This document shows, piece after piece, positions 52,637-64,000 of a stretch of DNA of 64,000 nt. A program made the position numbers and the translations under genes. Source of the DNA: Felis catus (lineage: Eukaryota). The notes beneath the pieces were generated by a model that saw only the letters and a program-made list of their open reading frames with translations, searched no databases and was not told the DNA's origin. The DNA lies in NCBI RefSeq assembly GCF_018350175.1, contig NC_058368.1, positions 161,636,001 through 161,700,000 on the forward strand, in the 5' to 3' direction. Position 1 is the first letter of the stretch, and every line of letters begins with the position of its first letter.

Positions 52637-53345
52637 TGTGATATAATAAGAAGTATATTTAGTCTTTGTTTCCAGTCCCTGGCTCAGAGCTCCTAAAACC
52701 CTTGGGATTTCCTGAGTGATGGGAGTGTCTTTTGTTACTCATAAAGAGTCCCTTTCACTTTCACCTGACTTTATGCTAATGAGGTGACTTAATGTGGGGT
52801 GACTAAGGCGGTGATTAAGGACAACTATTAGAGGGTGAGGACTGTCAGCCCCACTCCTGACCTCCAGAAAGGGAGGACTAGAGATTGGGTTATAAAATCT
52901 CTTGAACAAGGGAAGTCAGAGAGCTTCCTGGTTGATGTATACACCAAGGTGCTGGAAGCTCCTAGCCATGTCCTTTCCATATTCTTCCACCTCCATCATA
53001 CCTTGCCATATACCTCCCTTCCATTTGGCATTTCCTAAGTTATACTTCTTATGATAAAATGGTAATAGTAAGTAAAGCACTTTCCTAACTTGTGTGAGTT
53101 CTAGTAAATTATCAAACCTGAGGAAGCAGTTGTGGGAACCCTTGATTTATAGCCAGTCTGTTGGAAATGCAGGCGGCTGGGGACCTGGGATTGTGTCTGA
53201 AATGGAGGGTAGGCATATGGGCCTGAGCCCTTGAACTTGTGGGATCTAAAGCTAAATCCATGTAGATTGTGTGAAAATTGAATTGAATTGTTGGACAACC
53301 AGTTGGTGTCCAGAGAATTGCTTGTTGGTATCAGAAAACACCCCA
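52637..53345 (+). mobile_element. MER21-like solo LTR
   Basis: Starts tgtgatataataagaagtatatttagtctttg...cagagctcctaaaacccttgggatttcctgagtgat; contains ttatgctaatgaggtgact and gaattgaattgttggacaaccagttggtgtc. Confidence 0.8.
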
Positions 53346-54214
53346 GAGATTACCATATGCGGAGTCAGTCAGTTGTTTGTGGAAATGTTAGATCTTCTGA
53401 CAGACAAGCATGGTTTGCTATTTTGAAAGATATTGCTATTTTTTTTCAAACATAACCAAATTATGTGGGAAAATATGTGGAAAAAAGCATTGATTTTCTC
53501 AAATCCTTTTTTTTTCTAGTCCCAACAAATGTGGCCACCTGAAACTGGAACACATACAGTGTTATAGAAAGTAAACACCGGATGATTTACTTATGGTGTA
53601 TTGATATTACTAGTGGTTGAAATAAGTTTCATATTCATTCATACTAGATTTTGCATCAGAAGCTCTACTTGTCACTTGTGCAAAGTTTAAAATTAGGTTT
53701 AGAACAGAAAAAGTTGTTACGGCACTATGTTTGCCAATTAGCCTTTCAGAAATAACATAGTAAAAGACAATAGAGATTTACCAACAACTGATACAGAGTT
53801 GATATATCTGCCAAGTTTGGAATGGAGGTATTTCCCCTTTGGTGGATGCATTAGAAATATTCATCCATTATTATTATTCACCAGAATGGAATGATAAACA
53901 TCAGTTTACTTCAAACCAAATTGAGAGAAAGATAAACTTGAATAGCTGGAGTAGAGTACTTTCTGATACCAGGGCAACATATAAGATGTAATTACTGGGT
54001 CTGCGATAGGTTTTTCTAGCCAAAGTTTTGAATAATTCAATGTATTTTATTAGGAGCAATCACTATTAATGTAAATAAACCAACAGAAAGGTGGGGAATG
54101 AGGGGTGCCTAGAGAGATGGGAATACCTGGAGAAAGAAATGAGCTTTTCCTAATTACCCACAGGGTAATTTATTGAACCTGTTTTTTCAGTGATGCATTA
54201 TTTAGTGCTAAGCC

Positions 54215-54410
54215 TTATTTCGCACTTACAATGTGCTGGGCACTGTTCTATATGCTTTACATATAATCCAAGTGATCTTCTCATCAGCCCTATGAGGTAC
54301 TTACTCTTAATAACCCCATTTTACAGGTTAGAAACCTGAAGCATCATGAGAATAATGAATTGGCCCAAAGTCACCGTGTTGTAAGCTGTGGAACTGGGAA
54401 TTAACCTATC
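54215..54410 (-). mobile_element. MIR fragment
   Basis: atgtgctgggcactgttctatatgctttacat...ccctatgaggtac...ccccattttacaggttagaaacctgaagca. Similar weaker MIR remnants lie near 15.8, 33.0, 35.1, 37.1, 48.55 and 51.4 kb. Confidence 0.75.
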
Positions 54411-55126
54411 TCCCTCCAGAGAATGTGCCCGAAAAATTAGGTTGCCCTGAATCTCAGTAATGCTATTAATTTCGTCATGCCATTTTTAGTTGGCATTACA
54501 TTAATTTCAAGTCTTTAAATTACTAAAAAGTAAAATGTGACTGAGGTTCCAATATTCCATTTTATAACTTTTTTGGGTATTATTCTGAGATTAGTTATTA
54601 GTTGTGTTACATTAACTAGTTAAAAAAACAGAAATAGAAACACTTCTAAAATCTAACAAAGAAGGTTACCATGTTTTTCTCAGTTAAATATATGGTACTC
54701 CTTACTACATGTCACCCGGGATTAAACAACTTCCAGTTTTCCATGGCAAGTGTTAAATTCCATGTTGAGTTCCACTTGCCAAGTCAGTTATCATTCCTTA
54801 TATCTGAGGGGGACAAATAATTTTTAGAAATAAAAACTAATTTAGTCAATCAACTTGAACTACACACAATTAGAAAAAAATGCTAGAAAAGTATTCTATC
54901 ATCTCCAGATTCTATTTTTACCTAGATTTGGCAGAAATAACACTGATGCTTAGGAAAGAATAAAATCCATCAGAGAAAACTGCTCTGTGCTAACATTTAA
55001 ATGAAACACTTTTGAGATTTACCTTCCAATTCCAGGTAAAAATACTCCCATGCCAGTTATTATCACTATTGACTTTACTCATAGGCACTCTAAAGAAGTC
55101 TAGGGAATTTTCTCATTAGTGCTAAA

Positions 55127-55127
55127 A

Positions 55128-55164
<37 letters not shown>
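55127..55164 (+). repeat. (AC)n microsatellite
   Basis: Near-pure dinucleotide run. Confidence 0.9.
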
Positions 55165-55165
<1 letters not shown>

Positions 55166-55522
55166 AAAGCTGAAGGAAATAAGAAACTATTTTTATTATT
55201 AGCTCTACTTTCCACTTTCACAATCTGAGTTATCATAGCTGTCAGAGGTGCTTCTTTTACAAAGAAGGAAACCAAAAGACAAATAACAAATGATAGATAG
55301 GTAGATAGGTAAATAGCTAGATTGCTAGCTAGCTGGCTAGATAGATTCCTGTAGCTTTATTTTCCATACAGCACTTTCTCTTTAAATTTCAGTAAAACAC
55401 ATTAAATAATCAGCCAATATATAGCTTAGTATTATGCACCCATTTCTACTCCTAAATTCTGTCTGGAGGATCATTTTAGAATATGAGAACACAGGTGATT
55501 TTACTTTTCTCTGCTGTTATTT

Positions 55523-55736
55523 AAAAAAAAATTTAAATGTTTGTTTTTGAGAGAGTGAGAGAGACAGAGCATAAGCAGGGAAGGGGCAGAGAGAGAGGGA
55601 GATACAGAATTCTAAGCAGGGTCCGGGCTCTGAGCTGTCAGCACAGAGCCTGAAATGGGGCTCAAACTCACAAGCCGTGAGATCATGACCTGAGCTGAAG
55701 TCGGACACTCAACCTACTGAACCACCCAGACGCCCC
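55523..55736 (-). mobile_element. CanSINE (feline)
   Basis: TSD tctg(c/a)tgttattt. Confidence 0.93.
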
Positions 55737-55891
55737 TCTGATGTTATTTTCCATACACTCACCCCAAACTCAAAGTCCTAACCCTCTCCAAACTATTGAG
55801 TAAAGAGATAATTTACTTTATGTTTAGGTGAAAAACTAATAAATAATAAAGGATAGAATTCAACAACTGTTCCAAGTGATTCTCCCAGTGC

Positions 55892-55892
<1 letters not shown>

Positions 55893-55936
<44 letters not shown>
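55893..55936 (+). repeat. (AC)n microsatellite
   Basis: Pure run of ~22 units. Confidence 0.92.
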
Positions 55937-55938
<2 letters not shown>

Positions 55939-56467
55939 CCATTTTGTGAGTCTTTTTTAGACAATAAATAAAGTAAGTAGGGTTCCCAGGTCCTGTGAGC
56001 ATCAGCAACCTTTCACTAGTATTTGAACGTTTATCTCCAAATCTTATCCTTCCTCCCTTTCCCTAAATCAGATGTTACATTTGCCTGAATCCTTATTGCT
56101 TCTTTCAACCAGAAAAGAAAAATAATGGAAACAATGACACAGATTCACCATCTATAACATTTAATAATTCTGTGGCTCTGGGCAACTCTTTTTCTTGCAT
56201 ATTTCAGATGTAATGGTTGTAGTAGAACTGTGTTCAACTATGGGAAGGAATTTAAGAGATTTTAGATGAAACATCCATTATTTTATCTTGCCAAAAACAG
56301 CTCTCCAAAGTCCGTTTTCTTGACAAAATCATTCTCTTCAATTATAGGATTAAAACTGCTAGAGAATAATGATGAACGATGTCTTATGTATTGTAAAAGT
56401 TTCTAATTCTCTACTAATGAGATACTTTTTATTTTGGAATGAGGAAGAAACAATATTTCAGTTTCTT

Positions 56468-56695
56468 TTTTTTTTTTAAGTCTTTTTTTCAACGTTTTTT
56501 ATTTATTTTTGGGACAGAGAGAGACAGAGCATGAATGGGGGAGGGGCAGAGAGAGAGGGAGACACAGAATCGGAAACAGGCTCCAGGCTCTGAGCCATCA
56601 GCCCAGAGCCTGACGCGGGGCTCGAACTCAGGGACCGCGAGATCGTGACCTGGCTGAAGTCGGACGCTTAACCGACGGCGCCACCCAGGGGCCCC
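56468..56695 (-). mobile_element. Young feline CanSINE
   Basis: CpG-intact; perfect TSD aatatttcagtttctt. Confidence 0.95.
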
Positions 56696-56863
56696 AATAT
56701 TTCAGTTTCTTACAACATGTCTGAAATAGATACCTGAGAGTTACAATAACATGTCACAAGTGAAGTGAATTTTTTTTCTAAAACTCTGAACTGCTACTTT
56801 TCACCCACATGAGTTTTTTTGTTTTGTTTGTTTTGTTTTTCTGTATAGAAATGAATATTAATT

Positions 56864-57068
56864 GGGCCACCTGGGTGGCATTGAGCATCCGACTCTTGAT
56901 TTCAGCTCAGGTAATGATCTCACAGTTCTTGAGCTCCAGCCCCACATCGGGCTCAGTGCTGATAGCAAGGAGCCTGCTTGGGATTCTCTCTCTTCCCTCT
57001 GCCCCTCCCCCACTCTCTTTCATGCATACAAGAGCTCTATCTCTCTCAAAATAATAAACATTAAAAAA
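56864..57068 (+). mobile_element. Older CanSINE
   Basis: TSD agaaatgaat(a/c)tta. Confidence 0.88.
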
Positions 57069-57344
57069 AGAAATGAATCTTACTCTGTATTAATAATTAA
57101 TTCAATTAGTTCAATAAAATATTGCATTAGAGTTCTGAAATTAGATATAAAATTAGATATTCATTAACTGGAATAGACACATACATATTTTTCTTTGTGT
57201 ATGTTTAGTTATTACCAAAGCAAATGACTTAATATAATTTTGTTTTCTCAGATAAGTTATTATCATTTTTCCTAATATAATTTGGATTTTGGGTTAAGTA
57301 GTTAGGAAATCAAAATTTTCCAATTATGTAAGTAAACATGTTTC

Positions 57345-57537
57345 ATTTTTTTAAGTTTATTTATTTTTGAGAGAGAGAGAGAGAGAACACACAAGCAGGG
57401 CAAGGGCAAAGAGAGAGGGAATCCCAAGCAGGCTCCTTGTTGTCCAATGCAGGACTTGAAATCATGAATGGTGAAATCGTCACCTAAACCAAAATCAAGA
57501 GTTAGACGTTTAACCAACTGAGCTATGCAGGTGCCCC
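57345..57537 (-). mobile_element. Older CanSINE
   Basis: TSD taagtaaacatgtttc. Confidence 0.88.
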
Positions 57538-58164
57538 ATAAGTAAACATGTTTCTTATCTGTGAGAGTCAATAGCAATCCACTAAGTTTCTAATAAAATG
57601 GAAAATTTTAACTCCTGAAAAAAAGGTTTTAAGCATTTATAATACAGAAATTAGAATATAAGAATTTTGCTGTATCATAACTATTATTAATGAGATTAGG
57701 AGTTCTTACATTTTAGAAAAAAATGATGAATGTGTAAGTCAAAAATAATGGACACAAATATTCATTTCTGACAAATATCATAAAATCTGAAAGCTATTCA
57801 AAAGCATTTAGCCAGGCCAAACTCAATTCCAGGGCAAAGAAGTCGAGTATTTTTCTGTAGTCAATAACATTTAGAGACTTCACATTAGGGATTATTATAT
57901 AAAATATACACTATGCCTGCTTATTTTTATTAGTATAGTAAATAAAAGTTATTGATTTTGCTTTTACGTATATCACTCTTGTTAGTGCATTTGCATTAGC
58001 CAATCTAAACTGCAATAGTAGATATAACAAAAAGAGAATATTCTAATAAATGAGACAGACATTTCTGACAGTGTGATAGTAAAGATTTTGTTAATAGCCT
58101 GTATGTTAATAGCTTGAATTTTTCTATAATATACACAAGAATTTCTTTGAATCACATACTTAGT

Positions 58165-58350
58165 CTGGCGGGCTGGAGCTGGTTCTTACTGATTCACCAA
58201 GGCCATTGTTAAATCTTCTTGAATTTTAAAAATTGGCTGACATCTCATCATTAGCTTGAAATTGGACATGGTGGGAGTATTTACACTATACTCCAGTTTT
58301 GTTTGTTTCCCCAGAGAGCTGATTCTTAAAAAGTTATTAGCACACACGCT
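58165..58350 (+). mobile_element. MER63-like hAT DNA transposon (MITE)
   Basis: gctggagctggttcttactg...tagcttgaaattggacatggtgggagtatttacac, the reverse complement of the core of the 36.2-kb copy. Confidence 0.7.
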
Positions 58351-58518
58351 ACTTAGAAAGAATCTGCATCAGTGAAATACTGTGTAATTTTCTACAACTA
58401 TTTCAGAATGAATTTCTTGAACTAGTGAAAAGAGCATAACATTTGGTATCAAAAGATGTATGTTTGAGACAGGTTGCTCAGAGTCTTAGGATGTCACTTA
58501 ACCTGCCTAAATATTCTT

Positions 58519-58745
58519 CTTTTTTTTTTTTTAACATTTATTTATTTTTGAGAGACAGAGAGAGACAGAGTATGAGCAGGGGAGGGGCAGAGAGAGAGGA
58601 AGACACAGAATTCGAAGCAGGCTGCAGGCTCCGAGATGTCAGCACAAAGGCCGACGTGGGGCCCGAACTCACAAACCGCGAGATCATGGAGATCATGACC
58701 TGAGCCAAAGTCGGACGCTTAACCAACTGAGCCACCCAGGCACCC
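58519..58745 (-). mobile_element. CanSINE (feline)
   Basis: TSD aaatattctt; internal gagatcatg tandem duplication. Confidence 0.93.
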
Positions 58746-60720
58746 TCCAAATATTCTTTAATGTCATTATTTTTAATGAGATCTTTGAGTAGATGACATG
58801 CAAAGTCTTCTCCAGTTCTAATACTATCTGAATCAATTACCATGTATGTTTGTATCTCATTCTCCTCCCAAAAGGTAGAGTAATGAAACAAATGGTTGAG
58901 AGATGAATAAAGCAGAAAACTATGATCAGTAAGTCAGGCTCATTGTCAGAATGGAAGAGACAAAGGGTTATGTAGATTGTGAAGAACTAGACAACAATGC
59001 CTAGACTATAGAAGACAGAACAACTCAGCTGTGGCTCATAGTTATCATGAGGCTATAAAGGTCCGATATTGCCAGATCTTCCTATTTTTTAAAGAATCAA
59101 CAAAAAATGAAAGTTTTATTTGAAAGCTCATAGTTATAAAACGTTGGCAACAAACTTCATTTTTAAGTATCTGTGGTGTTAAACAGGTCAGTGGACTGGA
59201 ATCAATTGTTAGTCATAAATTTGCTACCCCTATTCTCTAATCAGGAAAGGGAACAGAAATAGCAATAGGGTGTTTCTAGAAGAGAAGTGAAAGAAATCAG
59301 GGAATTTAATAAAGACCAATGTAATATTACACATACTACATACACATGCCTACAAATAAATAAGTGCCAAAGAAACACTATAAACAACATATTTTAAAAA
59401 TGTGTTTTGGCCGGAAAGAATATCTAAATTGTACTTTTCTCATTCTACACCAAACATTAATAACTGAAGGAGTTAGTAACAGGGAGCACCAGAGTAAAAG
59501 AATCTGTTAAATTAAATATTGAGTTAAAAGTCAAAGTATTGCAAGTCACTTGGTTATGTATCTGTAAGAAAGCAATTTGTTCAATCCAAATTTAAAATAA
59601 AGACTTAATATGAAGACTTAAGTCCAGAGACTGAAGTGTAAGTCATCAACATTGTAGTCACTTAGAATGTATTCTCTGGAACTTTTCTCAGGTATATCCT
59701 TACACATATTTGCTTTGTATACAATAATAAATATGTACAATAGAAAAAATAATTACTAGGGAATTTCAGCAAATTGTGAAGCAGCAACATTCTGATTCTG
59801 ATGCTGTGCTGTCCACACTAAACTCCCCAGAAAAACTAAGCCATGTTGACAAAGTTTTCTCTAAAAACATTATTTATTCCTCTAAACTTTCACCAACTTA
59901 GAATGCTCAAGAATTGATACTCAGTTTTGATACAAATTTCAATTGTTCTCTAGCCAACTACATATTTTAAGGTTCTTTAATGGCTTTCAAATTTCATTTA
60001 AAATAAAATAATTCAAATTTAGATGGCATGAGATTCACAAATAATATGGCACACCATCAATCAATTTTCTAGAAGAGATCTTGATTTTGCTCTGCAGATG
60101 TCAGCTGAAAGCCTGAGTAGATAAATGAACTTAAATATAATGAAATGCTCAGAACTCAGCTATAGGAATTGTGTTATCTCTTTTTGAGTTGAATAATAAA
60201 TGGAACTCTATTTTAGAATTACTTAAAAACTTATGTCTAAAGTTTGGGATAAAAATCCTTAGCTAGATAGGCAGTTTATTTAAGTGTTTCCTCTTCCTGT
60301 TTGTGAAAAATAATCTTTTTATCTCTGGCCAGGAAACACAAGCCAGAAACAGCTCAAGATATGTGGTAAGTTATATAAATAGGAATGCATTCACTTTCTG
60401 AATACCATTTTGGCAAATACAAGGCTATATAAATTAATAGGTATATATAACATTGGAAACCAATACATCAAAAAGGAATTATAAAATAGCACAAAAACTA
60501 TTATAATAATATAAACCTATGCTCTTCTATGGAGATAATGGTGGAAAGTGAGCTGCTCCTAGAATCAGTGATTCTGGCTTGCTACTGAGTATCTTACTAG
60601 ATGGGACTCTGGGCCTCAATACCTTGCTCTGTAAAAGAACAGGTTTATCTAGTTTACATCAAACGGTCACTAAAATTAATACATGTTAATTAGCTATGGA
60701 TAATATATTTATATACTTTT

Positions 60721-60904
60721 TTGTCCAAGTTTTTATTTAAATTCCAGCTAGTTAATACACAGTGCAATATTAGTTTCAGGTGTACAATATAGTGATTCGA
60801 CACTTCCATACAACACCTGGTGCTCATCACAAGTGCCTTCCTTAATACCCATCATCTATTTCCTCCATCCCCCACTCACCTCCCTGTCCACTGACTAATG
60901 AGTG

Positions 60905-60950
<46 letters not shown>

Positions 60951-60954
60951 ATGG
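60721..60954 (-). mobile_element. Short LINE-1 3' end with 5' inversion and (TA)n expansion
   Basis: Antisense L1 terminus at 60721-60884, then sense tgtccactgactaatgagtgg...(ta)n cacaatggaatat. Perfect 19-bp direct repeat aatatatttatatactttt at 60702-60720 and 60955-60973. Confidence 0.88.
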
Positions 60955-61654
60955 AATATATTTATATACTTTTATGACAATCATATCATTTAAATATTTT
61001 CCTGCAACTAAAATCTGTTTTAAATATTCCTGATCCCTTACTTATATATTATGTTATTATGATTTTATCAGTGAGACACAAAAAAAATTGTCTGATGCAT
61101 GAAATGAGAATTTTCAATGTTTTTCTAATGGGTTTAGGTTTTTCTAAGTAGTTATGAATTTCTTCACACCTTTTTCAACATTTCCAAATATTTTTATTTT
61201 AGGGAGGACCTGAGTGGTATCTTTAAAGAAACAGCTTGATGAACATAAATAAATACATGGCAAATTTAGAGGTAAAGACAGGGGATTTTCAAAGACACTA
61301 TAAAACATCTTTCAATGTGTTACTGTAATGGAATAAAAGCACAAGTTATGAAAATGTTCTGTAATATCACCATCAGAACAGCTTGGTTAGAAAATCCCCA
61401 ATCAAACCTAAGTGTTAAAAGGTCCAGAGCATTGAGGAGGAATGTCAAATTCCCCAAGCAGTTCATGTCATCATGAGTCACAATGTTTGGGCAATGCAAG
61501 TTATTTCCTAACACTAACTGCTAGAGAGGAAACCTCATGCTTCCATCATCTCCCAGCCAGTCAGAGAAGTGTCCTGTAGAATAGCTTTATTGTCTCTGGA
61601 TCTCTTTGTTGAGGGTCGGCCTCATTTGCTCTTGTAACAGTCTTGTCCTTAGTT

Positions 61655-61656
<2 letters not shown>

Positions 61657-61694
<38 letters not shown>

Positions 61695-61878
61695 GGACAG
61701 AGAGAGACAGAGCATGAACGAGGGAGGGGCAGAGAGAGAGGGAGACACAGAATCGGAAACAGGCTCCAGGCTCCCAGCCATCAGCCCACAGCCCGACGCG
61801 GGGCTCGAACTCAGGGACCGCGAGATCGTGGCCTGGCTGAAGTCGGACGCTTAACCGACTGCGCCACCCAGGCGCCCC
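61657..61878 (-). mobile_element. Very young feline CanSINE
   Basis: CpG-intact, uninterrupted ~37-nt T (poly-A) tail, perfect TSD cttgtccttagtttctt. Confidence 0.96.
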
Positions 61879-64000
61879 TTGTCCTTAGTTTCTTAAGGAC
61901 ATAAGAAAACCAATCTCCAAAGTTTTCCAATTACAGAGATCAAAAAAAAAAAAAAAAAAAAACCCAAAAAACAAAACAAAACAAAACAAAAAAAACCAAC
62001 AACAAAAAATGAAGATAGTTTGTCCAGCGTGTCACCTTTCTCTTTCATAATTGCTTCTTCCTGTTTATTCTTATAAACCCCACCCCCCCCACCTAATCTA
62101 TTTGCAGTCACAGTATGCCTCCTCATTGTCATATTCAGTGTCTCACACACAGTGAGAAATCCAAGGACTTAGTTCCTTTGCACACCAAGTTAAATGAGAA
62201 AAATGGAATAAGGGAAATGTCAAACCCACCATATATCATGGTGGAGAAAGAGGAGAGATTCATAAATCTATTTGAACATAATTTTGTTCTATCACTTTGA
62301 ATTATTTCTAAACAGGTTACTCATTTCAGTAGTTGTATAACTGTTTCCTTTTATCATCTTCCATCCCTTTCTAGAATAAATTTTAGCATGTAGAAGCATT
62401 GTTTGGATCCTGAAGCTCTTTGTAAATCAGGACTCTATTACCATTCTTTTTTTAATCAAGCTGTAGGTATAGGTATCATTATGTTTAGATCTTTCAAAAG
62501 AGGACTATTTTGCAGTAGGTAACTCTGATACAACTTGTAAGTAGGCAGTACTGTGAATTATTGGTATATACTCTCAGTTGACTTTTAATCCTGCTTGGAA
62601 ACTCTTCTGTGCATTTCTACTCAGTGATCCCACTCACATCCCACTGAAGGTATTCCAAGCACTTGCCAAATTACATTCCCAAATTACCTTGTCCCTTCCT
62701 TACATAAAACCCTGGACTATGAAAGTGGGGATTTCCTCCCTTGGGGGAGCCCATGCTTAGATATCTTCTTTGCAGCCCCAGATGTAGCCCAGCCCTGGCC
62801 ATATAAATATTCCTGAATGAGCAAATGTGCAGAAACACTATCTATTCATTTTTTCCAAATGTGGAGTTATGTGATTTAAAGTATTTTGCTGCTTCAAAAC
62901 AAACTTTTTAATGCAAAATTCTGAATCTGATTTTTTATTCTGTCGAATAGGACTACCATGCTTTGTGTATTACTACAATATTTGTATGAAACATATTCTG
63001 CGTTTATTATTTTCTGTAAAATAATCAGCTTACTAGTTTTGAAACTGACAGCAATTTTGTTGTAGGCATCTGGTCTAGGCAAAAAAGAAACAGAGAAAAT
63101 ATTTGCCAGCTGAATAAACTACAAAATATGTTTAGTAGCACTGATTCTTCCTAGTAGTGACTTTTATTAATGGGAACCTACAGATGGATTGACTACAACA
63201 CATACGGATTATACAAAGAATCAAGTTCTTTTATTTTTTTATGTGATGACTATCAACAAGCAAAAACAAAGAGTTTGGGGAAGATGCCCACATCCTACCC
63301 CGACATTGCTTCCTTAATTTTTATTATTTTAAAATGATTACTGTCAAACATTTATAAGACTGTGCAATTTTCTCAAGCACTACCGAAAAACATATATTTT
63401 AATGTAAGATCAGCTTGTCACATTGTGAAAATTTTATATGTGGCTATAAAATAATTTTTGCAGAAAGTTTACGGAGTTCTACTGAGAGGAGTAAGATCAA
63501 TGGAATAAAATGCAAAATCATAAGTAGCTGCGGGTAATAATTTTACTTTGAGTAAGATCCACTGGGGGAAAGGAAGAGCAAAAAACGAGTTACTATTAAA
63601 CCAAATTATCAAAAATATTAACTGTGTAATATAGAGTCCCTTGCATTTTAGATTATGTAAAGGTTATCTAGATGTCACATGATTGTTTTAGCTATTAAAT
63701 TTCATTCAAGTTTTTAACCGGCACAACTATCATTGGATATCTGAACTCAGTTACTTGGTACTACAGCTTAATTAATTTTGGCAAATTGCCCTGAAATGTT
63801 ATAAAGACCAAGGAAGCTGAGTCTATATAATTCATTCAATGGAATCTATACAAGCTAGGTACCTAAGAATTCCTAATTTCTTTATTACACTATCACTTTA
63901 TGACTTTATTTTTTTACAGAAGGACAAATGGATTCTTCCATTGCTTTTACTATCCCTAGGGTGATATCAAAGGACAGTATTTTCTTCAAGAGCATGCTTC

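Larger units (their letters stand above)
28922..64000 (-). other. ST8SIA4: Last intron of ST8SIA4 (continues beyond the window)
   Basis: No upstream ST8SIA4 coding exon is recognisable in 28.9-64 kb; the sequence is repeat-rich and non-coding. Confidence 0.85.

Overview
This is AT-rich, repeat-dense mammalian genomic DNA from a carnivore, almost certainly a felid, judged by feline-type tRNA-derived CanSINEs and carnivore L1 3' ends. The only real protein-coding sequence is the terminal coding exon of the polysialyltransferase gene ST8SIA4 on the minus strand (28921->28639). A long 3' UTR follows it, running probably to ~23.3 kb, and a large intron fills ~28.9-64 kb; the previous exon lies beyond the window. 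The downstream region (1-23 kb) holds L1 fragments, CanSINEs, an old ERVL-type element with a nested MLT1 LTR, and a decayed processed GSTP1 pseudogene. Nearly all other ORFs in the track are repeat-derived or chance. I found no evidence of a genuinely new biological system. The best leads are: (i) five of six assessable L1 insertions are 5'-inverted, several very close to the 3' end; (ii) a (TG)9 tract inside the ST8SIA4 last-exon splice acceptor, like CFTR TGmTn; (iii) a SINE inserted at the likely distal cleavage site; (iv) one endonuclease site used twice, giving a triplicated TSD; (v) a SINE-abutting GSTP1 retrocopy missing its C-terminal coding part; (vi) a few CpG-retaining, motif-rich unique islands. 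Repeat subfamily names are from memory of consensus sequences, not from a search.
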